DNA of 13,856 nt, from positions 1-13,856 of the forward strand of contig JAYGDX010000087.1 of the NCBI GenBank assembly GCA_046582655.1, written 5' to 3'. Below the pieces are notes generated by a model, which searched no databases, had not been told where the DNA came from, and saw only the letters and a program-made list of their open reading frames with translations. The translations under genes and the position numbers were made by a program. Source of the stretch: Candidatus Poribacteria bacterium (GTDB lineage: Bacteria; Poribacteria; WGA-4E; UBA9662). This document shows positions 1 to 6,593 of this stretch, one piece after another. The first letter of the stretch is position 1; the number at the start of each line of letters is the position of its first letter.

Positions 1-269
1 AAGCATTTATCGATATCTCGGCATCTTAGGAACCCCACCTTCACCTTCGATATTTTTGGCCTGTATGTCCTCTTAGCACCCACATAAATAAACCAGCCAA
101 CCCTATCCACACCAAAATTTGCAAAGCAACCACTAAATATCACCTTTAACTAAGCTCTTGCCAAAAAACCTGTCTAAAAGATACATTAAAACCACTCTGC
201 CATAACCCAGTTTCCGCTTATTTGAATCCGGTTTAAGCTTCGAGTATAGATCCGAAAAAATGAATCCAC

Positions 270-1184
270 CTAATACTGGTTATATAAACGACGGTAATCG
301 CTACCAACAACATTATCGACAATATGACGTTCACGAAAGAGGGTGCGACGCATAGGCGGCATTGACTCAAGGAGATCCGGATGAGGTTTTAATCGCCTAG
401 CGAACCCGCTGTCAACCGGACTATAGAGATTGAAAACAGCCAGCCGATCATTTTCCGTATTGGTCCAGGGCGTACCACTATGCGTTAAAGCTTCAGTGAA
501 GAATACCACCGATCCGGCCGGACAACCGTACGTGGCCCAGACATCGGAATCCGGATTTTGAATTTCATCCGGAGCCGTGTACACAGATTTGTGGCTGCCT
601 GGTACCAGCAGCGTTCCTCCCTGCCCCTTTTTCACCGGATTCAGTTCCCAGACAATTCGCGTATGCGGACTATAGGCTTTGCCAGGAAAAGCGTCATAAT
701 AGTGAACATCGCCCGGCAAACGATACAGGCCGTTCCCATTATGCGGTCCAAACCCGCCCATGCCAACGGATCGGTAAAACAGGTGACTGCCTTCCAGGGA
801 GAAACCGTAACATTCCTGGCTGGATAACGGCGGATAAGCTGTAAACTCGTTCAAGAGCCCAACGACGACCGGATGATCAAGCAGCTTTTGTACGGCACCG
901 CCAAGCGTACTTCGTTCATGCTCAGGAATTGATTCCGGATCCCGATGCAGACGATAGCAGAAATCCTGCATCTCTTCCAATTCACTGCCACCTAAAACTT
1001 CGGGAACAAGCAACCAGCCGCGCGTGTCAAAGACATATTTCTGTTCCACTGTCAGCTCAATAACCGGTTGACCATCCGCGTTTTCACTGGGCAAATCACT
1101 GGAACCGATTTGCAGAGGAAGTCCCAAATTCTTGTTGACAATATACGGATCTTGATAGTTACTTGCCTTCTCATTCATTTTCAT
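270..1184 (-). CDS. PhyH-family (phytanoyl-CoA dioxygenase-like) Fe(II)/2OG oxygenase, paralogue B, HxG variant
   Basis: 304-aa ORF with PhyH hallmarks: FDTRGWLLVPEVL, LLDHP, GGTLLVPGSHK, PAGSVVFF...THSG, and 2OG-binding Arg in NDRLAV. Proximal motif H148-N-G150, distal H235, R247. The ATG overlaps the upstream paralogue's TGA (ATGA at 1181-1184). Confidence 0.9.
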   Translation of the reverse strand: MKMNEKASNYQDPYIVNKNLGLPLQIGSSDLPSENADGQPVIELTVEQKYVFDTRGWLLVPEVLGGSELEEMQDFCYRLHRDPESIPEHERSTLGGAVQKLLDHPVVVGLLNEFTAYPPLSSQECYGFSLEGSHLFYRSVGMGGFGPHNGNGLYRLPGDVHYYDAFPGKAYSPHTRIVWELNPVKKGQGGTLLVPGSHKSVYTAPDEIQNPDSDVWATYGCPAGSVVFFTEALTHSGTPWTNTENDRLAVFNLYSPVDSGFARRLKPHPDLLESMPPMRRTLFRERHIVDNVVGSDYRRLYNQY

Positions 1185-2134
1185 ATCTCATTATTGCCAC
1201 TGGCGCTTAAATTGTCTTCAAGATACGGTGACGTCCTACCACTAAAATCGCCATTGACAACGTTGCCGCCAGCATAAGGTTCCCTGAACAATGTCTGACG
1301 TTTGGCAGGCATAGACTCCAGCAGTTTGGGGTGGGGCACCCAGGTATGCCATCTGCTGGCAACTGTATTGTACAAGTTAAAAATCGGTACGCGGTCGACT
1401 TCCCGGTTTGTCCATGGAGATCCGCTATGCGTAATTGATTCAGTAAAAACAATTAACGATCCGGCTGGACACGAATACGTGTCCCACAAGGAAGAATTGG
1501 AGTCCTGTGCCGTTTCGGGCGCAGGATAAGCCGCCTTATGGCTTCCGGTAATGAATTTTGTTCCCCCTTGGCCCTCCTCTACCGGGTTGAGTTCCCAGAC
1601 AACTCGTGTCAATCCACTCCACGCTTTACCTGGTGTGCAACGATAGAAGTGTGAATCGCCCGGCAGGCGGAACAACCCGTTTCCATTATGAGGACTGAAT
1701 TTTCCTTGAACATTCTCCTCAACTGACCGAAAAAGCAAATGGGTGGTTTCCATCCGAAAACCGTAACAATCCTGGCTCATAATGGCGGGATTAGCCAAAA
1801 ATTCATTCATGAAACCGACCACCACCGGATGGTCAGCCAGTTTTTGCAATGGACCAGCAACGGTACAGCGTTCATGTTCCGGTAGACTATCCGGATCTTG
1901 ACGCAACTGACAACAAAAATCCCGCATTTCCCTGACGTCCTGATCGGGTAAAACCTCGGGAATCAGAATCCAGCCATTACGATCGAAATCGTATTTTTGC
2001 TTCTGAGTGGGTTCAATTACCGGTACGCCGTCGGCATTGGTCCGGGTAAAATCCTGTGACTCCAGAACCATAGCGCTACCCAGATTCTTGTTGATGATAA
2101 ACGGTTTAGCGTTAGCGATTTCTTTATGAGCCAT
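1181..2134 (-). CDS. PhyH-family Fe(II)/2OG oxygenase, paralogue A, HxG variant
   Basis: Same motifs: FDRNGWILIPEVL, GGTKFITGSHK, PAGSLIVF...THSG, VDRVP; H149-N-G151, H236, R248. Start placed at ATG 2134 (317 aa) rather than GTG 2167 because an AAGGTG SD-like motif lies at 2150-2145 and this start matches the paralogue's N-terminal length. Confidence 0.9.
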   Translation of the reverse strand: MAHKEIANAKPFIINKNLGSAMVLESQDFTRTNADGVPVIEPTQKQKYDFDRNGWILIPEVLPDQDVREMRDFCCQLRQDPDSLPEHERCTVAGPLQKLADHPVVVGFMNEFLANPAIMSQDCYGFRMETTHLLFRSVEENVQGKFSPHNGNGLFRLPGDSHFYRCTPGKAWSGLTRVVWELNPVEEGQGGTKFITGSHKAAYPAPETAQDSNSSLWDTYSCPAGSLIVFTESITHSGSPWTNREVDRVPIFNLYNTVASRWHTWVPHPKLLESMPAKRQTLFREPYAGGNVVNGDFSGRTSPYLEDNLSASGNNEI

Positions 2135-2232
2135 AAGCTGGACACACCTTTTTTGTATTTCCTGCACTATTTGACGCTGTCGTACGGCACACTAGATCAA
2201 ACACCCCGGCGACTGTCAATTTCATATCCATC

Positions 2233-2251
2233 GGCGATTAAGAAAATCGCC
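2233..2251. other. 7-bp hairpin at the sulfatase stop codon (possible pause or mRNA-stability element)
   Basis: GGCGATT-AAGAA-AATCGCC perfect inverted repeat. No U-tract follows on the minus (sense) strand, so it is not a clear terminator. Confidence 0.35.
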
Positions 2252-3636
2252 TATTTTTCCCAAGGCGAATGCCCGGGATTACACCTAGGGACAAGATTGA
2301 TCTCCCTACCTGAACAACCAGCTACTTCATACTTGGCAAAATGCGTATCCAAACGTTGGGAAAGACTTTTAATTTCGTCTTCGTAACCGGTATCATGGAT
2401 GCAGTTCTCACGTTCGCGAGGATCAATCTCCAAATCGTAGAATTCATCGTGATACTGGCTATTCGGTCCCGGATAGCGTTTAATGAATTTGCGGTTATCT
2501 GTTCGAATGACTCTGGCGTTGCCATATTCTCCAAAGTACGCATCACGCCATGCTTGACTCTCGCCTTTCAGCATTGGAAGATACGATTCGCCAGGAGAGT
2601 TAATCTCTGCTCGCTTGGACTCGTCCGGGGTGGCGCCCGCTGCATCCAATAGCGTTGCAAACAGATCGCAGTGATCAACCATCTGGTCATGAACCTGTCC
2701 AGCCGGGACTTGGTCTTTCCAGGAAAACAGGCACGGCACCAAGATCGAGGTGTCAATAAAATTCTGCGGAATAGTAGCGTTCCCTTTGGAATTCAGTCCA
2801 TGATGACCGGTCATTAAACCGTGATCAGCCGTGTAGACAACCAGCGTATTGTCAAGATCTCCCGTACCATCAAGTTCGTCGACAACACGACCCATTTGCT
2901 GATCGATGAAAGTCACCGCAGCATAGTACTGTGCCAGCTGCTCCCGGTTTCGATCCGGATCTTTAGGCCACCCGGCATTGATGGAACCGTGACAGGGAGA
3001 AAAAGTCTCGTTCGGAATATCCTGGAAACTGCAGTCACGGTAGGATTCAACCAGCCGTTCAGGATGCTGGCTGAAAGGACCATGCGTATCAACATACCCG
3101 ACAGTCAAAAAGAATGGCCGGGTTCGATCCCTTTCCCGGATAAAATCGATTGACCTATCAGTGAACGCACGAGTTTGAAACCCGGTATAATCGATAATTT
3201 CCCCTTGATCCGAGAACTTGATCTCACCTTTATGCGGATATTGCCGTTCACCATAACTGAACCAGCGATCAAATCCGGATTGGGGATCCCAACTTTTACC
3301 GCAATGCCATTTCCCGATCAATCCCGTTTGGTATCCGGCGTTTTGGAGAAGATGTCCAATGTTAGTCTGGTTCACTAAACCCGGATGTTGATTACCCGGT
3401 TCTTCCGTTTCAAAGATCCAATCATGAATACCGTGTTGCGATGCCAGTCGCCCAGTAAAAAAACTGGCTCTAGCTGGCGAACAAACTGGTGTCGGAGTGA
3501 AAGCGCGTGTCATCTTGACACCGGTTTTGGCCAGGTAATCCATGGTTGGCGATTGGATCTCACTGTTCCCGTAACAACCGGCGGCCCACTGCCCATGATC
3601 ATCAGTCAGAAACACCAGAATATTGGGTTGATTCAC
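2251..3636 (-). CDS. Formylglycine-dependent (S1, Cys-type) sulfatase
   Basis: 461 aa with PNILVFLTDD, CSPARASFFTGR (CxPxR, C52), GYQTGLIGKWH, NTLVVYTADHG and EFYDL..DP.E..N. GTG start with a strong AGGAGG SD around 3646-3651. No signal peptide, so probably cytoplasmic. Confidence 0.95.
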   Translation of the reverse strand: MNQPNILVFLTDDHGQWAAGCYGNSEIQSPTMDYLAKTGVKMTRAFTPTPVCSPARASFFTGRLASQHGIHDWIFETEEPGNQHPGLVNQTNIGHLLQNAGYQTGLIGKWHCGKSWDPQSGFDRWFSYGERQYPHKGEIKFSDQGEIIDYTGFQTRAFTDRSIDFIRERDRTRPFFLTVGYVDTHGPFSQHPERLVESYRDCSFQDIPNETFSPCHGSINAGWPKDPDRNREQLAQYYAAVTFIDQQMGRVVDELDGTGDLDNTLVVYTADHGLMTGHHGLNSKGNATIPQNFIDTSILVPCLFSWKDQVPAGQVHDQMVDHCDLFATLLDAAGATPDESKRAEINSPGESYLPMLKGESQAWRDAYFGEYGNARVIRTDNRKFIKRYPGPNSQYHDEFYDLEIDPRERENCIHDTGYEDEIKSLSQRLDTHFAKYEVAGCSGREINLVPRCNPGHSPWEK

Positions 3637-3713
3637 AAGTAGGTTCCTCCTCTTAAAATTGGCAAGTCGAGTTTCACAATAAGGCGGACCTGTCCTCCAA
3701 GGTCACAGTTGAG

Positions 3714-3741
3714 ATTTTAGCATCCTAAACGCCCCTGTCAA
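3714..3741 (-). promoter_or_regulatory. Sigma70-type promoter for the sulfatase-PhyH-PhyH operon
   Basis: Minus strand reads TTGACA (3741-3736), 16-nt spacer, TAAAAT (3719-3714), with an extended -10 TGn (TGcTAAAAT). Confidence 0.7.
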
Positions 3742-3800
3742 GGTAAAACAAGTTGTGTGACCTAATTTTAGCAATATGTCACAGTACGCTATCTATGGCG

Positions 3801-3829
3801 TTGATAAAATTCATGTGACGTGCTATACT
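3801..3829 (+). promoter_or_regulatory. Sigma70-type promoter for the hypothetical + Gfo/Idh/MocA genes
   Basis: TTGATA (3801-3806), 17-nt spacer, TATACT (3824-3829), with an extended -10 TG at 3821-3822. Confidence 0.7.
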
Positions 3830-3865
3830 CAATTTCGATTGAAACATGTAAAATTCCAATTGACA

Positions 3866-4384
3866 ATGCGTGCTTTCCTAATTGTTCTGGTTATTCTGAA
3901 ATGGTTGGTTTTGCTGCAAGAAGCAACGGCACACGATGCCTTTTATCCGCATCACGGCCAGGACTTTTCACCGGCAGAGGTTGAACGGCGAAAAGACCTG
4001 AGAGTAACTGTCTTGGTCATAACCCTGACATTCACCGTGCTTATGGCAATCCTGATTTCCTTTGTCTTTAGCAAGATGCCGAAAGTCGGCACAACGCAAC
4101 AGGAAAACGATCAGCAACGGCTAAATCAGCGAGTAAATCAAGCCATGGAGGCTGCATTGCACGAAATCGCAACTGATGGAACTGCAAGCCGGGCAATTTC
4201 AGCCGCACTTTCGGCCTATGCTTCAAATATGGGCGTTTCATGGCACCAACAGCCAATTACTGGAGACAGGGTCCGATGTAAAATTGGCTCGGATGTTGTG
4301 ATTGTAAAAGTTGATGCGCAACAAATAGAGATGCAAGCCAGCTCAAAGGATACCAGCACGCAAGCAATTCAAAAGTTAACCTGA
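3866..4384 (+). CDS. Hypothetical membrane protein (signal peptide, His-rich mature N-terminus, one TM helix)
   Basis: Part of ORF 3776..4384. Start moved to ATG 3866 because the promoter lies inside the longer ORF and MRAFLIVLVILKWLVLLQEATA looks like a signal peptide ending in A-x-A. Second hydrophobic segment VTVLVITLTFTVLMAILISFVF. Ends 15 nt before the next gene. Confidence 0.6.
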   Translation: MRAFLIVLVILKWLVLLQEATAHDAFYPHHGQDFSPAEVERRKDLRVTVLVITLTFTVLMAILISFVFSKMPKVGTTQQENDQQRLNQRVNQAMEAALHEIATDGTASRAISAALSAYASNMGVSWHQQPITGDRVRCKIGSDVVIVKVDAQQIEMQASSKDTSTQAIQKLT

Positions 4385-4399
4385 AAAGGAGTAATTTGG

Positions 4400-5569
4400 A
4401 TGGCCAAGCCATTAAAAACGGGACTAATCGGTTGTGGCGGCATCTCTGGTGCTCATATGGGCGGTTACCAGGAGTTATGGAACAAGGAATTTCGCCTATT
4501 CGACATCGTAGCTGCTGCCGATGTGAACATTGGCGCGGCAGAAACACGTGCCCGGCAAGCTCAGGAAATGCAAGGGGGAGACCTGCCCAAAACCTACGAC
4601 ACGGTCGACGAAATGCTGGACAACCATCCCGAGATTGAATGCGTCGATATCTGTACGCTTCACAGCGAACATCATGCACTGGCAATCAAGTCCCTTGATG
4701 CCGGCAAGCACGCAATAATCGAAAAGCCGCTCGGAATCACTATGCGTGCCGGCAAACGCACCATGGAAGCGGCTGAACGAAACGACCGGATCCTGTCCGT
4801 AGCCGAAAACTACCGCTTGGGCGGACATGAGCGCGCCCGACGTTGGGCTGTTCAGCAAGGAATGATCGGTGATCTGCGCATGTTTTTCTGGATTGACGTT
4901 AGTGAAGGTCTGGGCAAATGGGGATGGCGCAACTTCAAAATGCAAGCTGGAGGCGGCTGGGCACTTGATGGCGGTGTCCACTTTACGGATTTAATGCGTT
5001 TTAACCTCGGCGTAGAAGCCAAAGAAGTCTACGCCATCAATAAAGCCTACGAACCATACCGTTATGATGACGCTGGTAAACGGGAAGGCGGTTACGATGT
5101 CGACGTTGAAGATTGCATGATCTCCACCATCAAGTTCGACAACGGCATCTCCGCCCAATGGACTTGGGTTGGATCCGCACCGGGACAAGGTTTCAATCGC
5201 AAAACAATTTATGGATCAGAAGGTGCATTGGACTGGGGTTCAGGTCTTCATCCACGCGGCGGCGAATCCATCAGTACCGATGAGCTGCACAAACAATTCA
5301 TGGCCAGCCTCAGCGAACCAGAAAAAGAATATTTCTTCCCGCGCGAGATCGGTAACACGATCTCAATTGAACTCAAATATTTTGCCGATGCCATCAACAA
5401 TGGCGGACAACCCGAGGTTGATGGAATGGAAGGCTACCGATCACAAGCCGTTTGCATGGCAGTCTATGAGTCAGGTCATTTTGGCAGAGCAGTGACAATC
5501 GAAGAAATCGAAGATCTTTCTCTGGAAGGCTACCAGAAAGAAATCAACGATGAACTTGGCATTGAATGA
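4400..5569 (+). CDS. Gfo/Idh/MocA family NAD(P)-dependent oxidoreductase
   Basis: 389 aa with Rossmann motif GLIGCGGIS, AGKHAIIEKP and GGGWALDGGVH. AAGGAG SD at 4386-4391. Confidence 0.93.
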   Translation: MAKPLKTGLIGCGGISGAHMGGYQELWNKEFRLFDIVAAADVNIGAAETRARQAQEMQGGDLPKTYDTVDEMLDNHPEIECVDICTLHSEHHALAIKSLDAGKHAIIEKPLGITMRAGKRTMEAAERNDRILSVAENYRLGGHERARRWAVQQGMIGDLRMFFWIDVSEGLGKWGWRNFKMQAGGGWALDGGVHFTDLMRFNLGVEAKEVYAINKAYEPYRYDDAGKREGGYDVDVEDCMISTIKFDNGISAQWTWVGSAPGQGFNRKTIYGSEGALDWGSGLHPRGGESISTDELHKQFMASLSEPEKEYFFPREIGNTISIELKYFADAINNGGQPEVDGMEGYRSQAVCMAVYESGHFGRAVTIEEIEDLSLEGYQKEINDELGIE

Positions 5570-5609
5570 GGTCGCTCCCCAATTCCCAATTCTTTACCAA
5601 TCCCAACGA

Positions 5610-5864
5610 GAGCTTAGGATTTTGTCTTGCCTAACCTCATGCCGAGGTGACTCTGATAACACGGTTTTCCAGGTCCGTTTATTTCGGACGCGCAGCGACG
5701 ATTCCTGAAGGATGCCAATGACTTCCGAGCTTATGTATACGCCCAAGACACCTCGGTAACGTATCAAGCACCTGCGTCTATACATTAAAAAAACTTGATG
5801 TAAACAGATTATCCCCACCGTTGATGGTTATATGACGCAGATTTCCAAAACGAGTATCTCGTTT
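5610..5864 (+). ncRNA. Candidate structured RNA or leader (unassigned family)
   Basis: Stems at 5610-5618/5630-5638, 5640-5649/5749-5758 (enclosing 5673-5677/5685-5689), 5772-5788/5821-5840 and 5848-5854/5858-5864. G-U wobbles work on the + strand. No family recognised. Confidence 0.3.
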
Positions 5865-5904
5865 AACCCGGCTTTCCTGTAACAAATGCGTAATGGACAT
5901 TTAA

Positions 5905-6576
5905 ATGCACTCAACAAAAATCCTGAAATCCGAAGATTTCGTGTTTATGGCTCAAGACCAAGAGGTTACCTTCACGGACCTGATTCCAAACTTCTCAGTT
6001 TTAAGTCGGCTGGGTATTGTCAGTCAAGAACCCACAGACGGGATTGGTGCCAGCAACTTGATTATGGCATGTGTGACAGAATTCTATAACTTTTACCGAC
6101 ATCAAAACGACTTCTTTACCTATCCCGATTATTTTAGTTTTCAAGCTTCAGAGATTTTGATCGATTATTCGCACTTCGATATCTGGCCATCGCACAAGAA
6201 CCTGCAGGTCGAACGTGAACCGGAAAAAATCCTGAAAGCTCTCAACGACCGTGGCATCGACATTCTTCTTGTCCCCTGCAGAGAACCCATTGATCACGTA
6301 TTTGAGCCTGCAACACTTTCAAGCGCAAAACGTCGAATTCAGAAGTGTTTCCTCTACAATCCAGGAAACGGGTTACCTGATCATGACTTGACGATAAAAC
6401 GACAAACCGCACCATTCTATGATTCAATATTAACAGTTATAAACTCGATATCCGATCCAGTGTTCCGCAATCAATTTTTAAATCAATGGCGTGAGCAGGT
6501 CAGTCCCAACGGTGAAACTATCGAAGCATACTGCCAAGTGAACATGGATGAAGCACTGAGATTCTTACCCTTTTGA
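5905..6576 (+). CDS. Hypothetical protein
   Basis: 223-aa ORF with globular-protein composition and motif-like segments (RLGIV, GIGASNLI, YPDYF, FDIWP.HK). Ends 17 nt before the VWA gene. No function recognised. Confidence 0.75.
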   Translation: MHSTKILKSEDFVFMAQDQEVTFTDLIPNFSVLSRLGIVSQEPTDGIGASNLIMACVTEFYNFYRHQNDFFTYPDYFSFQASEILIDYSHFDIWPSHKNLQVEREPEKILKALNDRGIDILLVPCREPIDHVFEPATLSSAKRRIQKCFLYNPGNGLPDHDLTIKRQTAPFYDSILTVINSISDPVFRNQFLNQWREQVSPNGETIEAYCQVNMDEALRFLPF

Positions 6577-6593
6577 AGCTTAGTTAAACTGCA

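Noticed and set aside
1..269. G-poor left flank, TGTCTAAAA (171-179) matching part of the IS TIR, and an open minus frame from GTG 143
   Set aside because: A 9-nt match is compatible with chance, and there is no transposase similarity or recognisable product.
2189..2219. Internal promoter for the PhyH pair (TTGACA at 2219-2214, minus strand)
   Set aside because: No acceptable -10 at 16-18 nt; the best candidate, TAGTGT, is at 19 nt.
3776..3865. Longer N-terminus for the 202-aa ORF
   Set aside because: It spans the predicted promoter, and ATG 3866 gives a clean signal peptide.
5577..5606. CCAAT/TGGG short repeats as MraZ boxes or a CRISPR remnant
   Set aside because: Spacing is irregular (not a 10-bp period), there is no repeat-spacer structure, and the region is far from rsmH.
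5668..5696. CAGGTCCG...CGGA..GCAGC resembles SRP (4.5S) RNA helix 8
   Set aside because: The loop is TTTATTT rather than a GNRA-type tetraloop, the 3' side is not GGAAGCAG, and the flanking arms are asymmetric.
5640..5758. Closing stem reminiscent of 6S RNA ends
   Set aside because: At about 119 nt it is too short, and the interior does not form the rod with a central bubble.
5714..5788. Reading frame ANDFRAYVYA... resembles a tmRNA tag
   Set aside because: No nearby stop after an ALAA-like end, and no tRNA-like 5' GGGG or 3' T-arm/CCA ends.
5594..5818. 74-aa minus-strand ORF in the intergenic gap
   Set aside because: No SD, no recognisable motif, and it overlaps the structured region; probably spurious.
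5865..5880. AACCCGGCTT / GGAAAGCCGGG similar to RNase P RNA conserved segments
   Set aside because: Isolated partial match; the other universally conserved regions are absent.
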